DNA from: an uncultured Candidatus Saccharibacteria bacterium
GTDB taxonomy: Bacteria > Patescibacteriota > Minisyncoccia > Phycocordibacterales > Zambryskibacteraceae
DNA length: 38,469 bases
Direction of reading: 5' to 3'
Assembly: GCA_964347785.1 (NCBI GenBank)
Contig: CAYFZH010000003.1
Location: 1-38,469 of the forward strand
The notes beneath the pieces are model-generated. The model was not told the origin of the DNA. It was given only the letters and a program-made list of their open reading frames with translations, and made no database searches. A program made the translations under genes and the position numbers. This document shows, in pieces, positions 17,451 to 25,991 of this stretch; positions within the stretch are counted from its first letter, which is position 1, and each line of letters begins with the position of its first letter.

Positions 17451-19172
17451 CTAATAGAAGTAACTAGGTCTGTTTATCTCCATCCAGTCGAAGAGTCGTC
17501 TCACGACCGACGTGGCGCCTACCGTATTGGTAGCTGGACCCTTCTCCATCACCACCGCCCACGCATAACGCGGTTTCTCGTATGGGAAGAAGCCAATAGA
17601 CCAAGAGTGTACGTACGACTTATTTGCCCCCACTTCTGCGGTACCAGTCTTCCCCGCAGCCTTAACGTAAGGGACGTTTAACCCTACTGAGGTGCCCATC
17701 GTCACACCTTCTCTCATCCCGTCGTGTATCACTTGCCAGTCAGCTGAAGGGAAGTTGAGCTCTTTTTCGAGAGCTTCTGGGTCACCACCCAAGATTAGTG
17801 ATGGTTTAATAAGCTTCCCACGATTGGCGAGAGCCACGGTGAAGCGCACTGCATTGATAGGTGTCACCTGAGTGCCGTACTGCCCTATTGAGGTGATGTA
17901 AGTATCTCCCAATCTCCAGATGTCTCCAGCAAACTTCTCCTTCTTCCACTCTGGTGTAGGGATCACTCCCTCTACTTCCCCACGCAACTCTATCTTGGTC
18001 GGCTCTGTGAGACCGAAGAGGGTGAAGTACTTGTCGAGCATGGTGATCCCCAGCCCCTTCTGATCTCCATACCCACCACCGATAGAGTAGAAGTACACGT
18101 CAGAGGAGACTGCAAGAGCCTCGCTCATATCAGTCCAGCCGTGCGCCTTCCAGTCCTTGAAGACTGATGGCTTGGATGGATCATAAGGGTTAGGCACAGA
18201 GATAGAGCCGGTACTCAAGATAGATTTGGTCGGAGAAATAATCTTCTCATTGAGAGCGGCGAGAGCGACGATGGGCTTCAGTATCGAGCCGGGAGTATAT
18301 AGACCACCAACCACTCTGTTCAAGAAGGGGTGCGTCGGACTATTGATCATACTGCTAAATGTCTTCTGATCTATCCCACTCGTCATCGTATTCTGGTCAT
18401 ACTCAGGGTAGCTTGTCAGTGCCAGAACTTCCCCAGTCTCCACATCTACAATCACTCCAGCTCCACCGACAAACCGACTTGTCTGTGCTAGTGACCTTAT
18501 CCCTCGGTACAGCTCTTGAGTAAGTTCTGCATCCACAGAGAGCTTGAGAGTGGCTCCGTCCTGAGGTTTCTCCACCACACTTTCTGAAGTCACGTCACCA
18601 CTCACATCTGTCTCCACCAACTTCTTGCCATTCTTACCCGAGAGAAGTTCATCGTAAGCAAGTTCTACACCATCCTTGGCCCGATAGTTCTCATCGTAGA
18701 AGATCCCTGACCTGTCAGCCTTGGGATACTTGATATAACCCACCAAGTGGGCCAAGCCTTCTAGAGAAGCGTACTTCCTACCGGCATAGCTTGTGTCTTC
18801 GCTCTTGATATCATTGGTCGCAAGTTCCAAACCATTCCTGTCCAAGATAGCTCCACGGTTGGCAAAGATAAGACTCTGCTCCAACCTGTTGTTCTCGCTA
18901 ATCTGCGCATAGACTTCTCCGTCGAGGATAGAAAGGGACACAAGCTTAACTGTAAGCATAAGCACCATCACACTGAGAACAACTTTGAAAACTGAGAAGG
19001 TCCGAGCTGTCACTGGTCGCTCAATACGACCCTCGAGTGCGTGCTCTTCAAACCCTGGGAGATTGGTCGAATCGAGGAAGATATCCTCGGGGTTGATATC
19101 CTGATACCTCTTACGGATCTTACCTGCACCGCGGAGACGTCTATTGAACTTATTGAAGATGTGGTTAAACAT
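17451..19172 (-). CDS. mrdA: Penicillin-binding protein 2 (elongasome transpeptidase)
   Basis: N-terminal membrane anchor. Transpeptidase motifs are SILKP (SxxK), SSD and KTGTA. It lies directly downstream of mreBCD. The ATG at 19172 overlaps the mreD stop (ATGTTTAA). The track starts at a GTG at 19190. Confidence 0.85.
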   Translation of the reverse strand: MFNHIFNKFNRRLRGAGKIRKRYQDINPEDIFLDSTNLPGFEEHALEGRIERPVTARTFSVFKVVLSVMVLMLTVKLVSLSILDGEVYAQISENNRLEQSLIFANRGAILDRNGLELATNDIKSEDTSYAGRKYASLEGLAHLVGYIKYPKADRSGIFYDENYRAKDGVELAYDELLSGKNGKKLVETDVSGDVTSESVVEKPQDGATLKLSVDAELTQELYRGIRSLAQTSRFVGGAGVIVDVETGEVLALTSYPEYDQNTMTSGIDQKTFSSMINSPTHPFLNRVVGGLYTPGSILKPIVALAALNEKIISPTKSILSTGSISVPNPYDPSKPSVFKDWKAHGWTDMSEALAVSSDVYFYSIGGGYGDQKGLGITMLDKYFTLFGLTEPTKIELRGEVEGVIPTPEWKKEKFAGDIWRLGDTYITSIGQYGTQVTPINAVRFTVALANRGKLIKPSLILGGDPEALEKELNFPSADWQVIHDGMREGVTMGTSVGLNVPYVKAAGKTGTAEVGANKSYVHSWSIGFFPYEKPRYAWAVVMEKGPATNTVGATSVVRRLFDWMEINRPSYFY

Positions 19173-19425
19173 GAATTCTAATCCTCTCACGCAGAGGTAA
19201 GAGTACCAAGAGGATAATCAATACAGACAGTGCCACAGAGGACTGGAGGGAGAGGAGTTGCATCTCTCGCCCGTAGAGAGCCTCGATAAATAGAGCGAAA
19301 AGTATCCCCTCCCAGAAGAATGGGAAAATGATGAGAGAACCCAGAAGTAGTGGTAAATACAACCAGTATGGTAAGAAAATGATTGAGAGTCCTAACGCAA
19401 CATAAGATAGTGTCCGGTAACTCAT
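19165..19425 (-). CDS. mreD: Small polytopic membrane protein in the MreD position
   Basis: The 86-aa protein is entirely hydrophobic, with about 3 helices. The call rests on its position between mreC and mrdA and the ATGA overlap with the mreC stop. It is shorter than a canonical MreD. Confidence 0.45.
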   Translation of the reverse strand: MSYRTLSYVALGLSIIFLPYWLYLPLLLGSLIIFPFFWEGILFALFIEALYGREMQLLSLQSSVALSVLIILLVLLPLRERIRIHV

Positions 19426-20192
19426 GGCAAGATCTTCACAAACCTGACAGAGAAGATGTTGACCGGACTCTTCGCCAAGACTTCTTTGAACGAGTCGGTC
19501 GATGAGAGTTTAATGTCCTCTACTACCGCCATGAGCGTCGAGTCGAGTCCGGGAGAGATAATCCTATCCCCGACCACCACCTCTGTCTCTCTGGGGACCG
19601 AGATGTTGAAGTTCCCTGCCCCCACGCCCTCAAGCACTACGGAGACTTGGTGTCTCTCGAGTACAGCATTGGTCTTCTCTCCAGATGCGGAGAAGAGTTT
19701 GACCCTCGAGGAGTTAGATGATGTCTGGAAGACGGTCCCAACCTCCGGTCCTTCGGGCAAGGTGACACGAGCACCAGAAACGACTCCGTCTCTCTCGCCG
19801 GCATCCACAACCAGAAAGTCGTACGGACTCTGTGGTGGGTGTGTGAGCACGGCAGTAGTGATACCAGTACTTGTACGAGTACGACCTACCATCTCAAGTA
19901 GCGAGTTACCACTATCTGCTGTACGTGCAGATAGTTCTATCTCGAGAGATGCCACCTTCTCTCTCAGAGAAGCATTCTCAGACACAAGAGTAGCCTGTGT
20001 GTGGAAGTATCCAAAACTCCGCGCCATAGTCCTCGAGAAGACATTCTCTGCTCTCCAGAGCGGAGAGACGATAGAAACGATAAGTGGTCGAGCGAAGGAG
20101 AAGAGTACAAGACCCACAACAAAGATTCCTACAAGGACGAGTATCCTCTGAGTATATCGGGAACGCGTTCTACTTCTTGGGAGGTAGTTCAT
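19422..20192 (-). CDS. mreC: Rod shape-determining protein MreC
   Basis: The ATG at 20192 (MNYLPRSRT...) overlaps the mreB 3' end. It has an N-terminal anchor, a coiled coil (ENASLREKVASLEIELS) and a beta-rich C-terminus. The longer track ORF start lies inside mreB. Confidence 0.8.
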   Translation of the reverse strand: MNYLPRSRTRSRYTQRILVLVGIFVVGLVLFSFARPLIVSIVSPLWRAENVFSRTMARSFGYFHTQATLVSENASLREKVASLEIELSARTADSGNSLLEMVGRTRTSTGITTAVLTHPPQSPYDFLVVDAGERDGVVSGARVTLPEGPEVGTVFQTSSNSSRVKLFSASGEKTNAVLERHQVSVVLEGVGAGNFNISVPRETEVVVGDRIISPGLDSTLMAVVEDIKLSSTDSFKEVLAKSPVNIFSVRFVKILP

Positions 20193-21237
20193 CTTCGTTG
20201 GCAATAAGCACGTCTCTATATCTCTCCACATCCTCGAGGATGATCCCTGTGCCACGCGCCACAGCAGTGAGCGGGTCGCCAGCGATATGTACTGGGATAT
20301 TGATCTCTTGTTCGAAGAGTTCTGCCAAACCCTTGAGAAGCGCCCCTCCACCAGCTAGATACACTCCTCGTGCCATCACGTCAGAGAGAATCTCTGGAGG
20401 AGTAGACTCGAGCACTTCTCTCACAGACTCTATGAGTGCTTCGACCGACTGACCCAAGGCCTCACGGATGTCTGTGTCAGTCAGGATCACTTCCTTGGGT
20501 AGACCAGTGACGAGGTCGCGACCCTTGACTGCCACCTCAAGTGGAGCGTGCGTAGGGAGTACGGAGCCTATCTGCGTCTTTACAAACTCGGCTGTCTTGT
20601 CGCCGATCAATATCTTGAACTGATTTCGCACATAAGAAACAATGTCTGAATTAAATTTGTCTCCGGCGATACGGATGTTCTTGCTCCTCACCACCCCACC
20701 GAGAGAGATCACTGCCACATCTGTCGTACCACCACCGATATCGATCACCATGTTGCCCACTGGTTCATGTATCGGGAGTCGCATACCTATGGCGGCGGCC
20801 ATCGGCTCCTCGACTATATGTACCTCGCCCGCACCTGCGTTGTGAGTAGCGTCTCGCACGGCACGGATCTCGACATTAGTAATCCCAGAAGGTACTCCGA
20901 CGACCACTCGAGGGGCGAGCATCTTGTTCGACCCAGCTGTCGCCTTGCCCAAGAGATACGAGATCATCTCTTCTGTCGTCTCGAAGTCTGAGATCACTCC
21001 GTCGACTAGTGGCTTAATAGCAGTGATGTGTTGAGGGGTGCGACCGAGCATCGCCTTGGCATCGGTACCTATCGCCACCACTTGACCTGTCTTGTGGTTG
21101 ACTGCGACCACTGAGGGTTCATTGATCACTATCCCGCGACCACGCATATAAACGAGAGTGTTCGCTGTGCCAAGGTCGATCCCCACATCATGAGAGAAGA
21201 GTCGCTTCCAATTTTTGAAATCGAAAAGTTTCGACAT
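20170..21237 (-). CDS. mreB: Rod shape-determining protein MreB
   Basis: Actin-fold motifs are GIDLGTANTLVY, VVGVPSGIT, DIGGGTTDVAV and YLAGGGALL. Confidence 0.95.
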   Translation of the reverse strand: MSKLFDFKNWKRLFSHDVGIDLGTANTLVYMRGRGIVINEPSVVAVNHKTGQVVAIGTDAKAMLGRTPQHITAIKPLVDGVISDFETTEEMISYLLGKATAGSNKMLAPRVVVGVPSGITNVEIRAVRDATHNAGAGEVHIVEEPMAAAIGMRLPIHEPVGNMVIDIGGGTTDVAVISLGGVVRSKNIRIAGDKFNSDIVSYVRNQFKILIGDKTAEFVKTQIGSVLPTHAPLEVAVKGRDLVTGLPKEVILTDTDIREALGQSVEALIESVREVLESTPPEILSDVMARGVYLAGGGALLKGLAELFEQEINIPVHIAGDPLTAVARGTGIILEDVERYRDVLIANEDELPPKK

Positions 21238-22481
21238 TATCCCTTAAGAGTAGTTAGCAGATCCTCGAGAGACATCATCTTCACATCATCCGCACCTCTC
21301 TCCTTGACCTCTAGCATCTTGGACTCCAGAGACTTGTCTCCGATCACCACTCGAGTAGGTATGCCGATAAGATCTGCGTCAGCAAACTTCTCCCCAGCAC
21401 GCAGATCGCGATCATCGTAGAGTACTTCTACACCTTCTGAGACGAGAGAGTTATAGACCTCATCTGCCATCTCCTTGCTAGAACCGAGAGAGATAAGGTG
21501 AACCCTAAACGGTGCCACTTCCTTGGGCCAGATGATCCCCTTATCATCGGAGAAAATTTCTACAAAGACTCCCATCAATCTACTGATGCCAATTCCATAG
21601 GAACCCGCAATAATTGATTGTTGTTCGCCTTTCTCATCCTTGTAATAAACCTCTAGAGCGTCCGTATACTTGGACTCTAGTGGGAAAATATTTCCCACTT
21701 CCACAGCCTTTTTTTCTACCAAATCTTCCTTCTTCAGACCTATCTTAGCCAAATTCTCATCTGTATAAACTTCTTTATTTACAGCAATACTCTTACCTTC
21801 ATGTAAGTAGATCGTATCTTCACCAATTTCACTTAAAGTTTGAAATTCATCACTGAAACGCTTGGTAAAGATACCACCGTCAGCGTAAGTCCTGTAAGTA
21901 ATATCTCCGAGACCCAGTCTGCGATAAATTCTATGATAAGCCTCGGCTATTTTCTCATATATCTGTTCGTGCTCCTCCTGAGTACGAGAGAAGGAATACA
22001 TATCCTTCATCAAGAATTCTCTTCCTCGCAAGAGACCACTCTTTGCTCTAAGCTCATTTCTAAACTTAGTCTGTATCTGATAAATACAGATAGGAAGATC
22101 TTTATAAGAACTCACATAATCACTCAAGGCATCGACAATCGGTTCCTCGTGGGTCAATCCCATACCAAGCTCTGTGCCACTTGAGAGTTTTGTCTTAAAC
22201 CAGTTGTCCACTTTTGTATCATCCCAACGATCTGTTTTTTCAAAAATCTCTTTGGGTTGAAGGGTCGTCATCTGAACCTCCTGACCTCCGATAGCATTCA
22301 TTTCCTCACGTACAATTTGAGAAATCTTATCTACAACTCTCTTACCTAATGGCAAGAAAGCATACACTCCCGCCATTTCTTTATGAATAAACCCAGCACG
22401 AGTGAGGAGGATAGCGTTCTTGGAAACTTCATCTGCGGGAGCTTCGCGACGGGTCTTGGTGAATAGTTGGCTTTGTCTCAT
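21237..22481 (-). CDS. proS: Prolyl-tRNA synthetase, short form without the INS editing insertion (414 aa)
   Basis: MRQSQLFTKTRRE...AGFI...GVYAFLPLG, class II motifs (FRNELRAKSGLLRGREFLMKD, GSYGIGISRL) and a C-terminal anticodon-binding domain (PFRVHLISLG). The stop overlaps the mreB ATG (TAATG). Confidence 0.9.
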   Translation of the reverse strand: MRQSQLFTKTRREAPADEVSKNAILLTRAGFIHKEMAGVYAFLPLGKRVVDKISQIVREEMNAIGGQEVQMTTLQPKEIFEKTDRWDDTKVDNWFKTKLSSGTELGMGLTHEEPIVDALSDYVSSYKDLPICIYQIQTKFRNELRAKSGLLRGREFLMKDMYSFSRTQEEHEQIYEKIAEAYHRIYRRLGLGDITYRTYADGGIFTKRFSDEFQTLSEIGEDTIYLHEGKSIAVNKEVYTDENLAKIGLKKEDLVEKKAVEVGNIFPLESKYTDALEVYYKDEKGEQQSIIAGSYGIGISRLMGVFVEIFSDDKGIIWPKEVAPFRVHLISLGSSKEMADEVYNSLVSEGVEVLYDDRDLRAGEKFADADLIGIPTRVVIGDKSLESKMLEVKERGADDVKMMSLEDLLTTLKG

Positions 22482-22528
22482 TCGGCTATTTTACTCGAAA
22501 GTGACCTTCTTTGAAATGAATTTAACGC

Positions 22529-22557
22529 TTGACAAAAAATATGATATATGATAAGGT
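22529..22557 (+). promoter_or_regulatory. Consensus-like promoter TTGACA-17-TAAGGT with extended TG
   Basis: TTGACA at 22529-22534, a 17-nt spacer ending in TGA, and TAAGGT at 22552-22557. This is the same architecture as the promoters at 27895 and 35822. Confidence 0.5.
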
Positions 22558-22563
22558 TAAATA

Positions 22564-22726
22564 GCGGTAGACAAGGATACGACCTCCTCTCGATTATCTC
22601 TATCTTCCAAAAGAGAAATCGTTGGGTGACGGAATATCCCTCAACCGGTATCCCCAGCCACGGCTGGCGATCGAACCCCAGAAATAACAAAGGGCTGCCC
22701 CCGCCAAGGCAGTCCTTAATTTTTTA
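22564..22726 (+). ncRNA. Candidate small non-coding RNA of about 160 nt, class unknown
   Basis: It is bounded by the promoter at 22529-22557 and the terminator at 22690-22726. It has no ATG and no SD. Internal hairpins lie at 22591-22621 and 22655-22668, and 22621-22626 pairs with 22640-22645. Confidence 0.35.
22690..22726. terminator. Bidirectional rho-independent terminator
   Basis: AAGGGCTGCC-CCCGCCAA-GGCAGTCCTT is followed by AATTTTTT on the plus strand. On the minus strand the same hairpin follows the rseP-like stop and is trailed by TGTTATTTCT. Confidence 0.7.
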
Positions 22727-23536
22727 TAAAATATTCCTTACATCTTGGATCGTCACCAGAAACATCAGGAAGATAAGGATAGCGAAGCCAGCAGTATTGA
22801 GTGAGTTGAAGATGATTGCAGGAATCTTCCTCCTCGTCACCGCCTCTATGACGACAAAGAGGAGTCTCCCTCCATCAAGTGCTGGGAACGGCAAGAGGTT
22901 TATGATGCAAAGGTTTATAGAAATCAGCGCTGTGAAGGTCAGTAGATACCCAAGCCCCATACCAGTCACATCCCCCACTAGTCCCACGAGTCCTACCGGA
23001 CCAGTAACATTGGAGAGGTCAGGTTTACCCACCACTGCTTGAGCGAAGAATGTACCCAGAGCCTTCGTAGTATCTACTGTCAGAACAGTGCTTATACGCA
23101 AACTCTCTGCCACTGCTGGTAGAGGAGAAACGGCACCCGCTTGGACTGCTGTAAGTGGTGCAGAGAGACCCGAGACTAGCACGACAAAGATTAGTAACCA
23201 CGCGAAGAGGAAGTTCCCCACCACCCCAGCAAGCAAGACTCCAGCTTGGATCCCGCGATTCTTATTTTCGAAGCTATCACTAAGCACTAAAGAATTTTCG
23301 AGTTCTGAAGTGCTTTCTGAAGAATTTTCTCCAAAGATTTTTACAAACCCGCCGAAGGGAAGCCAGTTAAGCGTAAACTCTGTCCCCTTCCAGTTAAAGA
23401 GGCGCTTAGCCTTCGGTGGGTAGCCGAGACCGAACTCGTCTACTCGTATACCGAAGTACTTCGCCACGCTGAAATGACCTAGCTCGTGCACTATCACAAG
23501 CGCACTCAATATGACGAGAAAGATGATGATAGACAT
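22724..23536 (-). CDS. M50 site-2 (RseP-like) intramembrane metalloprotease, apparently without a PDZ domain (270 aa)
   Basis: HELGHF in TM1, NWLPFGGFVKI, and NLLPFPALDGGRL in the C-terminal TM. Only about 60 residues occupy the place where the PDZ domain(s) normally sit. Confidence 0.85.
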   Translation of the reverse strand: MSIIIFLVILSALVIVHELGHFSVAKYFGIRVDEFGLGYPPKAKRLFNWKGTEFTLNWLPFGGFVKIFGENSSESTSELENSLVLSDSFENKNRGIQAGVLLAGVVGNFLFAWLLIFVVLVSGLSAPLTAVQAGAVSPLPAVAESLRISTVLTVDTTKALGTFFAQAVVGKPDLSNVTGPVGLVGLVGDVTGMGLGYLLTFTALISINLCIINLLPFPALDGGRLLFVVIEAVTRRKIPAIIFNSLNTAGFAILIFLMFLVTIQDVRNIL

Positions 23537-23558
23537 TATTTATAATGATTTTGTAAAA

Positions 23559-24098
23559 CTATTCCAAAATTTCTTTCTCCTTCCTCTCGGTGAGATCTTC
23601 CAACTTCCTGTTGTATTCGTCGACCAGCTTCTGAAGCTCCGCCTTGAGACGCTTCTCTTCGTCTTCTCCTGCTTCCAACTTGTCTATATCGCCCAAGACT
23701 CTCTGTCTCTCATTTCTCAATTTGATCCGAGCTTCTTCGAGCTTCTCCTTCGCCGTCTTGACCAGAAGTGCACGCCTATCTGTAGTGAGCTCTGGGAAGG
23801 AAACTCTGACTCCAGATGAGTCAGTAGCCACCGAGAGTCCGAGGTTTGCCTCGCGTATGGCACGATCTATCTCTGGTGAGAGAGCCTTGTCCCAAGGTGT
23901 GACGAGGAGAGACTTCGGGTCACTGGAGGTGACAGAGGCCACTTGGTTTATCTTCATCGGAGAGCCGTAGGCCGAGACAGAGATACTGTCCAAGATACTA
24001 GGAGTGGCTCTACCAGTCCGGAGCCCCACGTACTCACCCTTCAGCCACTCAAGGCCCTTGTCAGACGCACTCTTAAATCCAGAAAAATCGTATGCCAT
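23559..24098 (-). CDS. frr: Ribosome recycling factor
   Basis: LRTGRATPSILDSISV, PWDK, NLGLSV and FPELTTDRR are all typical of RRF. Confidence 0.95.
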   Translation of the reverse strand: MAYDFSGFKSASDKGLEWLKGEYVGLRTGRATPSILDSISVSAYGSPMKINQVASVTSSDPKSLLVTPWDKALSPEIDRAIREANLGLSVATDSSGVRVSFPELTTDRRALLVKTAKEKLEEARIKLRNERQRVLGDIDKLEAGEDEEKRLKAELQKLVDEYNRKLEDLTERKEKEILE

Positions 24099-24126
24099 TG
24101 AAATAAGATGTTACCTTATTTCGACA

Positions 24127-24750
24127 TTATAGCACTAATGATAAATGTTCCAGAATGAGCCTAGGAGAAGCTCCTCTATCGCTCGAGACCAGTCTCGCCT
24201 TGTAGACCTTCTCTACCCACTCACTCTTGCCACTGTCACGCAAGATGACAAGCAGATCGTCGAGGAAGACCGATAAATCCTTCTCCGCCTCGACAAACTT
24301 CTTTGCAAAAGTGAGTCGATCCTTCACACCCATACCGAGAAACTTTTGCACCTCGGCACTTACCTTGTGCGCACCATTCATACGCACTACCTGCATACGA
24401 GAAAGTAGAGTGGGTAGGACCAGACCCTCATCTCTAAGGCAAAGGAAGAAGTAAGTCTCAGCTATAGGCTCCTCGAAGGTCTTGAGGAGAGCGTTCTGTG
24501 CCTCGAAGGTAATCTTCTCTGGAGCAATGAGGAAAACCTTCCTCTTGCCGAAGGCCTTACGGATGGCAGAGTTTGCGAGACTGCGTGCCTCGTCTATACC
24601 GAAGGTCTTCTCTCTCAAGAGGAAGAAATCTGGAGAGCCCACGAGCGCCTCTCCCTCTCCGGCAAAGAAATCAATAAGAGACCTCTCCGCTTCCAGAGGG
24701 TCTCCTATGACGAGGTTTGCGTGGTGGAGATTATTGAGGCTTTTTAACAC
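24127..24750 (-). CDS. holB: DNA polymerase III delta-prime-like clamp-loader subunit, short (207 aa)
   Basis: HANLVIG, QNALLKTFEEP and PTLLSRMQVV match delta-prime motifs. No Walker A is present. The GTG start lies inside the 3' end of the FKBP gene. Confidence 0.65.
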   Translation of the reverse strand: MLKSLNNLHHANLVIGDPLEAERSLIDFFAGEGEALVGSPDFFLLREKTFGIDEARSLANSAIRKAFGKRKVFLIAPEKITFEAQNALLKTFEEPIAETYFFLCLRDEGLVLPTLLSRMQVVRMNGAHKVSAEVQKFLGMGVKDRLTFAKKFVEAEKDLSVFLDDLLVILRDSGKSEWVEKVYKARLVSSDRGASPRLILEHLSLVL

Positions 24751-25195
24751 CGACGAGTTCTACTTCGAATATGAGAACCGAGTTTGCAGGGATAGCTCCC
24801 ACAGCATTGGCACCGTAACCGAAGTCTGGAGAGATGGTGAGGATACGCTTACCACCTACACGCATACCAACAAGACCTTCGTCCCAACCACGGATCACCT
24901 GACCTGCACCAAGGACAAACTGGATAGGTACCCCACGATCGATCGAGCTGTCGAAGACACGACCATTGGTCAATGCACCGACATAGTGAGTAGAAACAGT
25001 GTCTCCTCTGTCTGCCAACTCACCCGTCCCCACTACTGTGTCCTGTGCGGTAAAACCTGTCTGTATCTGATCATTCATCTTTTTAGCGTCATTACTGGTA
25101 AAAAGGCCCATAACTTGCTGAGAGAAGAGTAGGTAGACCAAGAGGGCAATGCCCGCAAAGACTGCTATCGCCTCACTTTTTTTCAATTTCGTCAT
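24731..25195 (-). CDS. FKBP-type peptidyl-prolyl cis-trans isomerase with an N-terminal membrane anchor
   Basis: VSTHYVGALTNGRVFDSS, GAGQVIRGWDEGLVGMRVGGKR and LIFEVELVGV are FKBP-like. The ATG at 25195 (MTKLKKSEAIAVFAGIALLVYLL) lies 6 nt after a TATAAT. The longer track ORF is an upstream extension. Confidence 0.85.
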   Translation of the reverse strand: MTKLKKSEAIAVFAGIALLVYLLFSQQVMGLFTSNDAKKMNDQIQTGFTAQDTVVGTGELADRGDTVSTHYVGALTNGRVFDSSIDRGVPIQFVLGAGQVIRGWDEGLVGMRVGGKRILTISPDFGYGANAVGAIPANSVLIFEVELVGVKKPQ

Positions 25196-25256
25196 ACCAA
25201 GATTATACGGATTTAACCCGCGACAAGCGAGGCTAGGTGTGGATACCCTCTGTGGT

Positions 25257-25991
25257 ATGATATGGCAAATGAACGAAGAAGCGAGGAAATTGATGCAAGG
25301 TGTCACCCTGAGCAAGTCAGATATGCAAAACGACGCCTCAGAGCGCGTCGCAGAGATAGCCAAGGAGTTTGAGAACGGGTTCAAGTTCCTCGCCGACTAT
25401 CCCAAGTCAGTGACCTTCTTCGGCTCGACACAGAGCGTCGAGGGAGAGTTCTACTACGAACAAGCTCGCACCCTCTCTACTCGCATCGTCAAGGAGCTCG
25501 GATACTCTATCGTCTCAGGTGGAGGTCCCGGCATCATGGAAGCGGCAGACCGTGGCGCCTTCGAATCTGGTGGCAACTCTCTTGGACTCCTGATCAAGCT
25601 CCCCGACGCTCAGCCCACCAACAAGTACATCAAGCAGAGTATGAGCTTCTACTACTTCTTCGCGAGGAAGGTGTGTCTCACCTTCGGAGCAGAGGTCTTC
25701 ATCTTCTTCCCTGGGGGCTTCGGTACCCTAGACGAATTCTTCGAACTCGTCACTCTCATCCAGACCAAGAAGATTACTGGTACCCCTATCATCTGCATCG
25801 GTAGTGAGTATTGGAACAAGCTCAAGGAGTTTATGACCAAGGAACTTCTCGCTCACGGAGCCATAGAGCAAAGTGACTTAGACCTCTTTACCATCACAGA
25901 CGACCTCGACGAAGTTATGGAGATTATCAAAAATGTGCCCATCCAGTCAGAAGTGCCTATCCTCGAGCTCGAGGAAGGACTAGGGAGCTAA
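25257..25991 (+). CDS. LOG-family (TIGR00730-type) nucleotide phosphoribohydrolase-like protein
   Basis: The motifs GGGPGIMEA and PGGFGTLDEFFE are present. The start is taken at ATG 25257; 25269 is also possible. The track start at 25149 would overlap the FKBP gene. Confidence 0.8.
   Translation: MIWQMNEEARKLMQGVTLSKSDMQNDASERVAEIAKEFENGFKFLADYPKSVTFFGSTQSVEGEFYYEQARTLSTRIVKELGYSIVSGGGPGIMEAADRGAFESGGNSLGLLIKLPDAQPTNKYIKQSMSFYYFFARKVCLTFGAEVFIFFPGGFGTLDEFFELVTLIQTKKITGTPIICIGSEYWNKLKEFMTKELLAHGAIEQSDLDLFTITDDLDEVMEIIKNVPIQSEVPILELEEGLGS

Noticed and set aside
19422-20351. The long form of mreC (309 aa), and likewise the long forms of the FKBP gene (to 25384) and the LOG gene (from 25149)
   Set aside because: The extensions overlap neighbouring well-supported genes and encode non-conserved, Arg/Ser-rich sequence. 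Internal ATGs give canonical N-termini and the typical short overlaps.
22655-22685. A tRNA-like GGTTCGATC element (minus-strand reading of GCGATCGAACCCC)
   Set aside because: The flanks do not form a 5-bp T-stem, acceptor stem or anticodon arm. It is a hairpin (CCAGCC/GGCTGG) beside a chance T-loop-like heptamer.
22482-22723. A T-box or other leader riboswitch for proS on the minus strand
   Set aside because: I found no T-box consensus (AAUUAGGGUGGUACCGCG-like), no specifier-loop arrangement, and no terminator/antiterminator pair directly upstream of the proS ATG. The plus-strand promoter and terminator explain the structure better.
22548-23042. A 164-aa plus-strand ORF crossing the 22690 terminator into the rseP-like gene
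   Set aside because: It reads through a strong terminator and is antisense to a well-supported M50 protease gene.
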